A stretch of 64,000 nt of DNA from a virus, in the IMG/VR virus record IMGVR_UViG_3300028920_000062, positions 1 to 64,000 of that record; one strand, written 5' to 3'. Shown one piece after another: positions 17,865-27,354 of this stretch. Within the stretch, counting starts at the first letter, position 1; each line of letters opens with the position of its first letter. The notes beneath the pieces are model-generated. The model saw only the letters and a list, made by a program, of their open reading frames with translations. It was not told where the DNA came from and did not search any database. The position numbers and the translations under genes are program-made.

Positions 17865-20261
17865 GTGAGTGGCAACAAACTAAAATTCCGAGAAGCTGTC
17901 CGGTTTTCTCTTACCGATCAGGCCTTGGTAAAGGTCCAGGACGATTATGCTGGTGCCTTTAAGCCCCCTGCAGAGGGAGCTCAACATGAGAGCGGTCTAG
18001 GAACTACTGACCAGCAGCAAACATACAATGGTCTGCTAGTACGTATTGCTGCTACTCATGCAGGTATCATTACTCGTAACAATGGATTCTATCTGCCTGA
18101 TAAGATGAAGAAGGGCGCGGACTCGTTTACAAGTAATTACAGTAAACCCGTACTCCTTCACCATCAAGATAGCAACGACCCGGTGGGTCGTATTGTAGAA
18201 GCCCAGTATGTAGATACCTCAGGTATTGTCCAGGACGCTTATAACCTAGCTGAGGGCCTACGTGTCGTTGACAAGATGGGCAAAGAAAAGGGAGTTATTA
18301 CCGATACCTTGTTAAAGGACTTTGTTGAGGGGAAGATGCCGTTTGGTATGCAGATAGATACAGTCTGTAGTCTTCTCCGAGATAGTGTCCTTGAGGACGC
18401 GGGGTACCAGGGTTTGGGTTATATTTCAATTGTAGCCCAGATTTCTCACAGAGATGCGATTGAGAAGCTATTAGACGGTCGTTATTTAACTGGCTCTGTT
18501 GGTGCTACTACTGACAAAGCCGTATGTTCAATTTGTCGACAAGACTGGACGGATGCAGGGAAGTGCGAACATAAGCCAGGTGCTATTTATGACGGAGCCA
18601 AGTGCTTTATTATTGCTGGTGCTCTTGACTATGATGAGTACTCCTTTGTTAACGTTCCAGCTGATAGACATTCCAAGGTTTTAGAGCTACACTATAACGG
18701 CATTCAAGATAGTATTGAAATCGCTGAAGAATATTCGGGCAGAATCTATGAGGTACGTCTGGGATTTCCTCAGTACGATTCTGCTGCTAAGGAGGATGAA
18801 GGAATGGCCGAAGAGAAGAAAGATCCCAAGGAAACTAAGGATCAAGAGGCCACCATCAAGGATGAGGTAATTACCGATTCTGAAACTCCTGAGTCAGCTG
18901 CAGACAAGAGGACTGAGGAGAACAAGGATACCGAGCCTGAAGTTCAAGATACCACAGATACTCAGGAAGAAGAGGAAGTAATTCAGGACGAGGCCCAGGA
19001 AACCGACGTTGAGGACACCGACGTTGAGGACGCCAGTAAGAAGAAGAAGAAGAAGAAAAAGAAGAAGGGTGAATATGAAGAGGGTGACGAGGATATGGAT
19101 GACTCTGTCAAGCCAGATCCTGTTACTACTTTCATGGACACCACAGAACTTACTGATGAACTCAAAGATCAGTTCTACGATGAGGTGTTCTGGCCAGAGG
19201 TCGAAGCTGCATTTGAAGATGGCGAGTTTACTCTAGCACAAGCTGGAATTGCTAAGCTCGAGGAAGCTAAACTTGACTCTGAGAAGAGAAAGAAGCTTGC
19301 TAAGTCTACTTTCTGTGGCCCAGATCGTTCATTCCCTGTTCCAGATTGCGCACATGTGACTGCTGCTCGCAGGCTCATTAATCGCTATAAGGGAGAAGGG
19401 GACAAGAGCAAGATTCTTGCATGTGTATCACGCAAGGCTAAGGCAATGGGATGCAGCGTATCTTCTGAGAAGAAGAAGGACACTGTTGAAAAGCCTGCCG
19501 AAACCGTTCAGGAGGACCAACTCCAGCATGGTCGCGTAATGCATATGGTGATTGCTGCCCTTGAGGAAGCTCAGCATTTCTCACCGGACGCAGTCCTTGA
19601 TGAAAGCGAAGTTAAGATGCTTCAGAGCATTTTGAAGAGACTGGCAACTATGGTTGGCAAAGATGCATTTTCTAATGCAGCTGTTGCCGAACAGCTAGCC
19701 TCAAACCCAGAATGTGAGCAAGCTCTTACTGACGAAGTGGTCAAACTAGAGGATACAGTTGGTGATCTGAGAGACCAACTGGACGCACTCCGAAAGGAGT
19801 ACTCAAGTCTATTCTCAGATATGGAGATACTGCAAGATACTCTTACTGAGGCAACTGCCGCCAACAGAGCTTTTAAGGAAGAAAAGCTGTCTATGCTTAG
19901 AAGTCTCAGAGATGGCAAGGCCGAAGAAGAAGAAAACTTTACTGAGATGTCGGACTCAGACCTGCAAGCTGAGATCGACTCAGTGTTGAAGCAAGTTGAC
20001 ATGACTAAGATTGTTGATAAGCTTGGTGATGGAATGGCTAGGGAGCCACAGGGAACTGTGGATGGTCCCGAAATCATTCAGGACGATGGCGAAACCCAGA
20101 AGAGTTCTGTTTCTAATCTCGCAACTCCCGACGAACTGGTAAGGATTCAGGAGCATGTTCAAAAGCTTCTGTTTACCCCAGGTGGGCGCGAGAAGGCAGG
20201 AGCCTACGTCAGGCGTCTACAGGCGGAAGGAAAACTTCCGCTAGACAGCGAGACTAATTAA
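17865..20261 (+). CDS. Prohead (maturation) protease fused to acidic/coiled-coil scaffold
   Basis: GTG start; KPVLLHH..DPVGRI, GRYLTGSVG, CSIC..CEH Zn insertion, EYSFVNVPAD (HK97/herpes-type prohead protease pattern); acidic low-complexity region and C-terminal coiled coil; upstream of the capsid genes. Confidence 0.85.
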   Translation: MSGNKLKFREAVRFSLTDQALVKVQDDYAGAFKPPAEGAQHESGLGTTDQQQTYNGLLVRIAATHAGIITRNNGFYLPDKMKKGADSFTSNYSKPVLLHHQDSNDPVGRIVEAQYVDTSGIVQDAYNLAEGLRVVDKMGKEKGVITDTLLKDFVEGKMPFGMQIDTVCSLLRDSVLEDAGYQGLGYISIVAQISHRDAIEKLLDGRYLTGSVGATTDKAVCSICRQDWTDAGKCEHKPGAIYDGAKCFIIAGALDYDEYSFVNVPADRHSKVLELHYNGIQDSIEIAEEYSGRIYEVRLGFPQYDSAAKEDEGMAEEKKDPKETKDQEATIKDEVITDSETPESAADKRTEENKDTEPEVQDTTDTQEEEEVIQDEAQETDVEDTDVEDASKKKKKKKKKKGEYEEGDEDMDDSVKPDPVTTFMDTTELTDELKDQFYDEVFWPEVEAAFEDGEFTLAQAGIAKLEEAKLDSEKRKKLAKSTFCGPDRSFPVPDCAHVTAARRLINRYKGEGDKSKILACVSRKAKAMGCSVSSEKKKDTVEKPAETVQEDQLQHGRVMHMVIAALEEAQHFSPDAVLDESEVKMLQSILKRLATMVGKDAFSNAAVAEQLASNPECEQALTDEVVKLEDTVGDLRDQLDALRKEYSSLFSDMEILQDTLTEATAANRAFKEEKLSMLRSLRDGKAEEEENFTEMSDSDLQAEIDSVLKQVDMTKIVDKLGDGMAREPQGTVDGPEIIQDDGETQKSSVSNLATPDELVRIQEHVQKLLFTPGGREKAGAYVRRLQAEGKLPLDSETN
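19002..19067 (+). repeat. 15-bp tandem duplication (accgacgttgaggac x2) followed by an AAG-rich tract encoding K10
   Basis: Seen directly: TDVEDTDVEDAS-KKKKKKKKKK in frame in the scaffold region. Confidence 0.9.
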
Positions 20262-20275
20262 GGAGGAAGCATCAG

Positions 20276-21478
20276 ATGGCTTTCGATAGTCTGGGAAGAT
20301 ATAACCCGCAGCACAAGGCATGGGATCATGTAGGAAACATTATCCCTGTCGTTGAGCATTCTGAGGGTATCCGACCACACGGCGAATTCAGGCCAGCGCC
20401 ATGGCTTCCGGTCCAGTTCTACGATAAGTTTTTCGAAGACTGGTTTGTTGCAATGCCAGGAAAGATCTTGGCTTTCGACAATAACGGACACCTGGTTCCA
20501 GCTCAGTATGGAGTTGGCACTCCGACCATTACTTACACAGCTCAAGATGTTGAGGCTGGCGTAATTGATGTTCGTACTGGCGCACCCCTGTTGACCGCTG
20601 GAATTGGTACTTTTAACGTTTCGGCAGTAACTGCCTTTATGGGTCAGACTGGCGTAGCGCTGGCAGTATCCAAGCCTTGTGGCGTTGCCCCATATGCCTT
20701 TTGGCAGTGGGCTGGTGATGCAAGCGAGTATGATGATGGCTTCAACCCATCCGGGCTACGTCGTCACAACTACAGCCTGCAGCACCGAACTGCCATGCTT
20801 TGCGACTATGTTCTAGAGCTACCTTTGGTCCCAGCGACTGAGACCACTCCGGAGGCTCTTACACAGGCTAGCAATGCAGATAACGTCTCTACAATGACTG
20901 CAGTAACTAATAAGCCAGTTGCTAAGAACACTGTTCGTACCCCAATTACCTTCTCTGAAGGTGTGGGTGCACCTGGCGATGTAGCAACCAAGTTTGCAGT
21001 AGAGAAGGATGCAGCAGCAGATGTTGTTGCTGCAGGTGACTGGCACATTGATCTCGTTACTGGCGTTATCACTGTGTACAGCACAGGTGCAATTGGCGCT
21101 ACTGACTATGAGGTAGTTTATAGTCATTACGCATCAGCACCAGCATCAGTATCTAAGTTTGCCTCAGCTGTAGGTAATCTAGTTGCTGGTGACTTCGTCA
21201 AGTGTGACGCTAACTCTAACTACGAGGTTGCAACCTCTGAAGACTTCAAAGACATTGTCGGACAGGTCATCGAGGTTGAGGACGTCTGGGGTAAGGACGC
21301 ACTAGACAGAGTACGTACTGCTTATCCATCTCTCAGCACCAGCGCTGCTGGTTCTCTGCCTGGTTATGCCGGTCAGATGGATCAAATGCCAGGTTCTGCG
21401 AATGGCGGTGTGAGTGACAAGATTCACTTCGCCGGAGCAGCGAATCTAGTTGTAAGGATCAACCTGATCTCGAGATAA
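20276..21478 (+). CDS. Putative capsid decoration/head stabilisation protein
   Basis: 400 aa between scaffold and capsid genes; strong AAGGAGG SD; Ala/Thr/Val-rich beta composition. Confidence 0.65.
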   Translation: MAFDSLGRYNPQHKAWDHVGNIIPVVEHSEGIRPHGEFRPAPWLPVQFYDKFFEDWFVAMPGKILAFDNNGHLVPAQYGVGTPTITYTAQDVEAGVIDVRTGAPLLTAGIGTFNVSAVTAFMGQTGVALAVSKPCGVAPYAFWQWAGDASEYDDGFNPSGLRRHNYSLQHRTAMLCDYVLELPLVPATETTPEALTQASNADNVSTMTAVTNKPVAKNTVRTPITFSEGVGAPGDVATKFAVEKDAAADVVAAGDWHIDLVTGVITVYSTGAIGATDYEVVYSHYASAPASVSKFASAVGNLVAGDFVKCDANSNYEVATSEDFKDIVGQVIEVEDVWGKDALDRVRTAYPSLSTSAAGSLPGYAGQMDQMPGSANGGVSDKIHFAGAANLVVRINLISR

Positions 21479-21498
21479 GGCAAGGAGGTAACCGATAA

Positions 21499-22728
21499 AT
21501 GTCTCTCGAAATTAAAGATGCCAAACAACTCGAATATCTGTGGAAGAATAACGGAAGATTCGAGGATGGCCAGTTTTCAATCGAGGACGCCCTCTCGGTA
21601 CCCAATGCGCCCATGCTAATGCCTAAGGTGATTTCTAACATCGTGAAGGAAGCTGTAGAGCCCCTTCTAGTTGGAACTAGCCTGCTCCAGAGAATTAATT
21701 ATTCTTATGGACAGACTATCACTTTCCCGGCAGTGGGATCTCTGGTAGCAGCAGATATTGCTGAAGGAATGGAATACCCAGAGCGTAGCTTGCAGATGGG
21801 TGGAGCAACAGTGACAGCGAGCATCGGAAAGTCTGGTATTGCCGTTAAGGTAACAGACGAGATGATCCGATATTCGCAGTTTGATGTCATTGGTATGCAT
21901 CTACGTGCTGCAGGTCGTGCATTGGCCCGTCATAAGGAGATGAAAATCTTCGACTATATTAGAAGTATGGGCGTTCCGGTATTTGACAATGTGAATCCAA
22001 CTAAGTCGTTCAAGGGTGTAACCACTGGACGTAACTTGGCTGGTGCGGGAAATGGTTCTGTAACCATGGATGATATTTTTGATGCATATGCACAAATCAT
22101 CACACAGGGCTTCTTCCCTAACACACTGTTGATGCACCCTCTCACTTGGACTATGTTCGTGAAGGACGCAACCCTACGCTATTTTGTTCTGCAAAATGGT
22201 GGAGGAACCTTCTTTGCGACTTGGACAGGTAATCCTGCAGGACGTGCTCCTTGGGATAACAGTTCTCAGGGTGGACTAGGTGTTTCTGGTGGACAGTTGA
22301 TTACTCCTCCGAACTCAGCTTCGGGCGACCAACCGTCTCCACTAACAGATCATCCACAGACCCTGAACTCTGGTCCTCAGTTGCCAGGCTACATGAACAT
22401 TCCATTCCGTATCATTGTTAGCCCATTTGTACCATACGACCCACGTCGTAAGCTTACTGACATCTACATGTTTGATTCAAGCGAGCTTGGTGTTCTCATC
22501 GTTGATGAGGATGTCATGACCGAAGAGTTTGATGACCCACGCGTAGATATCCGTAAGATCAAGCTGCGTGAGCGCTATGGTATCGGCATTCTGAATGAAG
22601 GAAAGGCAATTGCCGTTCTGAAGAACGTACATGTTGTACCGAACGAGGTGGTACTCCCAGCACGTGCAAGTATTGGCGTAAGTGGTAGCATTGCAGCAAT
22701 CGACCCAACATCTAGCGTTCTTGGCTAA
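21499..22728 (+). CDS. Major capsid protein (HK97 fold)
   Basis: 409 aa; AAGGAGG SD; IAEGMEYP, KSGIAVKVTDEMIRYSQFDV..RAAGRALAR, LLMHP, RERYGIGIL patterns; followed by a terminator. Confidence 0.92.
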   Translation: MSLEIKDAKQLEYLWKNNGRFEDGQFSIEDALSVPNAPMLMPKVISNIVKEAVEPLLVGTSLLQRINYSYGQTITFPAVGSLVAADIAEGMEYPERSLQMGGATVTASIGKSGIAVKVTDEMIRYSQFDVIGMHLRAAGRALARHKEMKIFDYIRSMGVPVFDNVNPTKSFKGVTTGRNLAGAGNGSVTMDDIFDAYAQIITQGFFPNTLLMHPLTWTMFVKDATLRYFVLQNGGGTFFATWTGNPAGRAPWDNSSQGGLGVSGGQLITPPNSASGDQPSPLTDHPQTLNSGPQLPGYMNIPFRIIVSPFVPYDPRRKLTDIYMFDSSELGVLIVDEDVMTEEFDDPRVDIRKIKLRERYGIGILNEGKAIAVLKNVHVVPNEVVLPARASIGVSGSIAAIDPTSSVLG

Positions 22729-22761
22729 TCCTAGCGGATTAGAAGGCAAGTTAGTATAATG

Positions 22762-22790
22762 GAAGGGGAGGGCAACCTCCCCTTCTTTTT
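22762..22790 (+). terminator. Rho-independent terminator after the major capsid gene
   Basis: gaaggggagg-GCAA-cctccccttc perfect 10-bp stem, GNRA loop, then TTTTT. Confidence 0.9.
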
Positions 22791-22808
22791 ATCAGGAAAG
22801 GACGAAAC

Positions 22809-23453
22809 ATGAATATCCAAGTAGCACTAGCAAACAGAGATAGACAATCAATGCTGTTTTTAGGTGAGCCCTTGAACTTCACCTATGATACTCCAGGTCC
22901 TGTAGAGGTAGATCTGGACCAGCTAACTCCCACACAAAAGAATCAGCTCATGTATAACTGCAGAATCGGAGCTCTGGCCGTTTCTGACAAAGAAGCGCTT
23001 CTAGAGGCCTGTTCAGCTCTTCCAGCTGCTTCTCCCACATTTACTACAGGGCACGAGCAGCCTGTGGCTCAGACAGCTCCAAAAGATGCTGTGGACGATG
23101 CCAAGGAAGAGCTAAATAAGCTAAAAGAGCTTTTGGATGCCCACCATTCTACCGTAAAGAAGAATGTGGGGCTTCTAAGGCCAGCTCAAGTACGACAGCT
23201 ATTGGAGCTCGAGCAAGCAGGGAAAAAGAGAAAGTCTGTACTGAAGGTTCTTCAGGAGATTGTATCTAAGCATTCTGATAGTGTGACTAGCCAGTTTGTT
23301 CAAGGCGGTGATCTTATGGACGCGCCCAGGAATCAGGTTTTTCAGGAAGATTCCGGAGCGCGTTCGACACAAATCACTGACGTGGTAGAATCAGATGAAA
23401 AAGAAGTAACCCTAATTCCATCTGATGAGGAACTAAAAGTAGCCGATGTCTAA
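22809..23453 (+). CDS. Hypothetical head-associated protein
   Basis: 214 aa; helical LLELEQAGKKRKSVLKVL motif; directly after the capsid gene. Confidence 0.6.
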   Translation: MNIQVALANRDRQSMLFLGEPLNFTYDTPGPVEVDLDQLTPTQKNQLMYNCRIGALAVSDKEALLEACSALPAASPTFTTGHEQPVAQTAPKDAVDDAKEELNKLKELLDAHHSTVKKNVGLLRPAQVRQLLELEQAGKKRKSVLKVLQEIVSKHSDSVTSQFVQGGDLMDAPRNQVFQEDSGARSTQITDVVESDEKEVTLIPSDEELKVADV

Positions 23454-24192
23454 TCTAGTTGATATCATTGATGATCACTTTCCGCCTGTTGACGGGGTTA
23501 ATATTCCTCTGGGTAGTCAAATTACGATTACCTTTAGTACAGAGATGGACACTGATCGTCTCCAGGAAGATTTTTTTGTTGAGGGACCCGATACGGATCA
23601 ATTCGTTGGTCCGGGGCAAGCTGAGCTTAAATTTCCCCAGAACATTTCTCAGGGCGATCTAGACGACTTCTTGAGATCTCCAGGATATACAGGAATCGTA
23701 GAAGGCACCTTTGAGTTTGAAACAGTCTCAGGAGTCAGTACTAAGCTAATATTTACTCCCTCAAGACCTCTTGCTCCGACACATGACTATAAGGTCCACA
23801 TTTCGGACACATTGGATGCCAATGGCAACGATGTTACCGGTATGGTTTTTTGGGGATTTCAGACAGGAACTGGCTCTATTGAGGAGCTTCCAAGCACTAT
23901 TTCGACTTCTGTTCTTGCTGCTGCCCCGCAGGCACGAGCCCTAGCTACAGATCTTTCTGCGCTACAGGTAGTTGGAACTACCCCCAGTGATCACGATATC
24001 GAGCAGCCTACTGACCTAGCTGAGATTGTTGTAGAGTTTAATAAAGATATAGACCCAGCTTCCGTAGATGCTGATAGCATTGTTGTCCAAGCTCTACCAG
24101 CTACAGATCATCCAAAGGCTGATGTTAGCGCAGCAGGAGATCTAGCTAAGAGTGTAGAGGTGGTCGGCAATAAGCTAAAAATCAAGATCTAA
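23446..24192 (+). CDS. Ig-like (Big_5/SbsA-type) domain virion protein
   Basis: Two P..G..V..I.I.F...D units: PPVDGVNIPLGSQITITFSTEMD and TTPSDHDIEQPTDLAEIVVEFNKDID. Confidence 0.7.
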   Translation: MSNLVDIIDDHFPPVDGVNIPLGSQITITFSTEMDTDRLQEDFFVEGPDTDQFVGPGQAELKFPQNISQGDLDDFLRSPGYTGIVEGTFEFETVSGVSTKLIFTPSRPLAPTHDYKVHISDTLDANGNDVTGMVFWGFQTGTGSIEELPSTISTSVLAAAPQARALATDLSALQVVGTTPSDHDIEQPTDLAEIVVEFNKDIDPASVDADSIVVQALPATDHPKADVSAAGDLAKSVEVVGNKLKIKI

Positions 24193-24202
24193 GGAGGCTA
24201 TA

Positions 24203-24544
24203 ATGGCTGGACCTACCAACACTCGGCAGATTGGCCAAGCTTGTCGAATTTATAAAAATGCCGACGCTAAGGTAATTGCGATGGATGCAATTGCAGTTAA
24301 TGTAGATACTCGTCGCATCACTATGGATACTTTCCATCATTCTGCCTCTATGAAATATCATCGTACCTTGTTCCATTTGGGCGTAGGAGATAGAACTGTA
24401 GCTTTGATCCAAATGATTGGAGACTATACGGATCTTTCAGAAGATTCTGGGAATTATCTAACTGCCACATGGGATAGTGCCGATAACACAAATGACATTA
24501 AGATTACCTTTAATACTTTGGCTAAATTAGGTGACACAGTCTAA
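24203..24544 (+). CDS. Hypothetical protein
   Basis: 113 aa; AAGGAGG SD; TAATG-coupled to the next gene. Confidence 0.65.
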   Translation: MAGPTNTRQIGQACRIYKNADAKVIAMDAIAVNVDTRRITMDTFHHSASMKYHRTLFHLGVGDRTVALIQMIGDYTDLSEDSGNYLTATWDSADNTNDIKITFNTLAKLGDTV

Positions 24545-25050
24545 TGGCTATTAGCTGCAATGATATCCGAGACTGGATGATTATTTGTGAACTCTTGGGA
24601 GGATGTGGTTCTCAGGGCGGGACTGGAGATAATCTCATAGTTGATGGCGGAATGTTGTGGGTGTATGATGAAGTTCGTGGTAAGTGGCTGAGCTCAAGTC
24701 GAATTACTGCCATTTCTGGTCGCAAAGGTCGAGTAAAGAACGGATATCTTAGATTAATTGATGGTCAGACAAGCAATTTGACTGGCTATAGGATGACTCG
24801 AGCAGGTGTGCTTACCTCTTTGTCAGCCCAAACTAGAACCGATGAAACCTGGATATTAAGAGTGCGGAACAATGGAACAGATGTTACTAGCCTGAATGTT
24901 GTAGCAGCTTCAGGTGCACACAATAGATCCTTAAATATTAACGTAGAGGAAGGAGATCTGATTGAGTTTTATGCAGATACAACTGCCTTTCTTGGGATCA
25001 GAGATCCTTTCGTATGGGCAGAGATTGCATGGAGGAATGATAGTCTTTAA
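24544..25050 (+). CDS. Fibre-tip-like protein paralogous to the C-terminal domain of 25067..26569
   Basis: LWVYDEVRGKWLSSSR..YLRLIDG..GYRMTRAG vs LYVYDGTRGKWLSVDR..YMRVSDG..GIRMLRDG. Confidence 0.7.
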   Translation: MAISCNDIRDWMIICELLGGCGSQGGTGDNLIVDGGMLWVYDEVRGKWLSSSRITAISGRKGRVKNGYLRLIDGQTSNLTGYRMTRAGVLTSLSAQTRTDETWILRVRNNGTDVTSLNVVAASGAHNRSLNINVEEGDLIEFYADTTAFLGIRDPFVWAEIAWRNDSL

Positions 25051-25066
25051 AGGAGGTTAGTATTTA

Positions 25067-26569
25067 ATGGCTGATCTATTGTATGTACGCGGTGCCTCTG
25101 CTGATGTTGCTGTCGATGATCTAGGCATAACTGTTGCCCAGGGCCCTTCTTGGACCCAGCTGATGGCTTCGTCTCCGGGCGATGCCGATGGTAGTTCTGG
25201 TCAGTTTACAGCGCGAGAGATCCGCGATTCTGCCGATCTAACCGCAGCTATTACTGGTGGAAGTCTCGAGTGGTCGAGGGATGGAGCGGTTGCCGAGTCA
25301 GGTGGCGACTATGTTGCAGACTATGTCCTCTTGCAGGATTTCACTGACGATATATTTGATATGTCAAATGGAGGACTTGTTCTTCCGCAGGACACCTCTC
25401 TTCCAGCCAGTGGAGTTAGCGGTCAAGCGTTCTGGGATACAGATGATACAAATCTGTATATTTGGGACGGATCACAATGGCAGACAATTGCTGTTGGTGA
25501 ACAGGATCATGGTGACTTGAGTGGTCTCGACGATGACGATCACCCACAGTATCTGCTTCTAGATGGTGATGGTACCAGAAATACTGTTTCTGGTGTCATT
25601 GATATGAGCAGCGGCGATGAGTTCATTTTGCCTCAGTCTACTGATGTATCATTGAACCTAACCGGTCACGAAGGTGCTCTAGCCTGGGATACAGATGACG
25701 AAGTTTTGTATGCTCATGACGGCACACAGTGGTTTGCAATTGCTCCTGCTTCAGGAATTATTACCGACCACGGTGGTCTTACTGGTTTAGGTGACGATGA
25801 CCATACGCAGTACTTGAATGAGACTCGTCACGATGCCTTGCCAGCCGATAACCCACATAGTGTGACGTTCACGCAGGCTGTAAGTGCTGATACTGGGACA
25901 GATATCACTGCTGCCGAAGCAGAGACTCTGACAGATGGTAGTAATGCAGACCTACTTCACGTTCATGATTATGCACCTTCTGTTCATACTCATGACCACG
26001 GAGCAGACCTTACAGGCCTAGAGGATGACGACCATCCGCAGTACACCGAATGGAACGACACTGAAACAGTTTCAGGTCTATGGACCTTTGATGGTCCTGC
26101 TGATTCTCCATCTTTTGTTCTTGATCCGGAGACAAGTGCTCCTTCTTCGAACCTAACTGATGGTGCTATCAGCTACATCAATGATGTTCTCTATGTTTAC
26201 GATGGTACTCGAGGAAAGTGGCTATCTGTAGACAGAGTGAGCTATACTGCGGCGAGAAATAAGCGTAATTCGTCAAATATCTATATGCGTGTATCTGATG
26301 GTGTTCCAACCAGTGTTACTGGAATCAGGATGTTGAGAGACGGAACTATTACTGGTATCTTCGCACAAACCGAAGGAGCCGAAAGTTGGACCTTTGAGGT
26401 GAGGCGAGCTGGTTCTGTTATCGCATCTCTGGTTATCAGTGCTGCAACTGGTGGACAGGATACAACCATTGACGTAGATGTAAGCCAAGGTGACGAAATC
26501 CAGTTCTATTGCAATGGAACTGGCATTGCCTATCCGGTGGGTGGCATTGAAGTTGCTTGGCGAGAATAA
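25067..26569 (+). CDS. Head/collar fibre protein with His/Asp repeats
   Basis: 500 aa; three DHG.L.GL.DDDH.QY repeats (25505, 25766, 25994); two WDTDD..LY..DG.QW repeats; HVH/HTH motifs. Confidence 0.7.
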   Translation: MADLLYVRGASADVAVDDLGITVAQGPSWTQLMASSPGDADGSSGQFTAREIRDSADLTAAITGGSLEWSRDGAVAESGGDYVADYVLLQDFTDDIFDMSNGGLVLPQDTSLPASGVSGQAFWDTDDTNLYIWDGSQWQTIAVGEQDHGDLSGLDDDDHPQYLLLDGDGTRNTVSGVIDMSSGDEFILPQSTDVSLNLTGHEGALAWDTDDEVLYAHDGTQWFAIAPASGIITDHGGLTGLGDDDHTQYLNETRHDALPADNPHSVTFTQAVSADTGTDITAAEAETLTDGSNADLLHVHDYAPSVHTHDHGADLTGLEDDDHPQYTEWNDTETVSGLWTFDGPADSPSFVLDPETSAPSSNLTDGAISYINDVLYVYDGTRGKWLSVDRVSYTAARNKRNSSNIYMRVSDGVPTSVTGIRMLRDGTITGIFAQTEGAESWTFEVRRAGSVIASLVISAATGGQDTTIDVDVSQGDEIQFYCNGTGIAYPVGGIEVAWRE

Positions 26570-26573
26570 TAAA

Positions 26574-26606
26574 TAGGTAGAGGGCGGTTAATCCCGCCCC
26601 TACTTA
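26574..26606 (+). terminator. Intergenic stem-loop (possible weak terminator or processing site)
   Basis: gtag-a-gggcgg/ccgccc-ctac pairing; no clear U-tract. Confidence 0.45.
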
Positions 26607-26618
26607 CAAAGAGGACTT

Positions 26619-27344
26619 ATGGCACTCAGAGTAACTACAACTGGATCTGACGTAGTTCTGGACGACTTGGGGATTACCGTTGTCCATCCAACCAATAATC
26701 GTGATCTCCGCTTAGAGTTTACTTCTATTGAGCTCAGAGACTCTGCTAACCTTACTGACGCAATCCAACTAGGAGATCTGTTGGTAGATGATGGGACCTA
26801 TCCTATAGCTGCAGAAGATTATGACCCTGATGAGATGCTTCTCCAGGAACTGAACGTAACGTCTGATCAGAAAAATACAAGCAAAAACGAACTCTTGTCT
26901 GCTGGAGATATAGCCATTGTAGATGGTGAATTTCCTATTGATCTAAATAGTACAGCAGCTTCTACCCGTAATATTTATTCTCTTGATGGCAAATGGATTA
27001 CTTGGGGACTTGAAGCGGGCGATATTGTCGAGGTTGCGGGGAACGCAGCAGCAGGAACTTACACAGTAGAGTCCGTGACAGATCAGCAGAACTTCGTTGT
27101 AGCTGAAGGTGTTTTAGATAGCACTGGTGGGACAGTCACGATTTATCATCCCTCAGCTTCTACTAAAATCGGCGTGGATAGTTCTAGCCTAAACTATAGC
27201 TCTTCCAGTACGCTACAAGAGGTGCTGGAGGACTTGAATAATGTAGCAAGCTTTCAACCTAACAGGATGATTATGGAAACCGACGGAAAGCTGGTATATA
27301 TTGGAGATGGCGATATCTGTCTGACAGAGATATATATCCCATAA
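26619..27344 (+). CDS. Virion accessory protein sharing its N-terminal domain with 25067..26569
   Basis: VVLDDLGITV..ELRDSANLTDAI vs VAVDDLGITV..EIRDSADLTAAI. Confidence 0.65.
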   Translation: MALRVTTTGSDVVLDDLGITVVHPTNNRDLRLEFTSIELRDSANLTDAIQLGDLLVDDGTYPIAAEDYDPDEMLLQELNVTSDQKNTSKNELLSAGDIAIVDGEFPIDLNSTAASTRNIYSLDGKWITWGLEAGDIVEVAGNAAAGTYTVESVTDQQNFVVAEGVLDSTGGTVTIYHPSASTKIGVDSSSLNYSSSSTLQEVLEDLNNVASFQPNRMIMETDGKLVYIGDGDICLTEIYIP

Positions 27345-27354
27345 GGAGTTAGTA

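Noticed and set aside
22730-22760. Sigma70-type promoter (TATAAT at 22755; another near 31043)
   Set aside because: No -35 hexamer at suitable spacing, and the first lies immediately upstream of a terminator.
24544-26569. Diversity-generating retroelement template/variable repeat pair
   Set aside because: Similarity is only distant and at protein level, with no near-identical DNA copy differing at adenines and no reverse transcriptase in the window.
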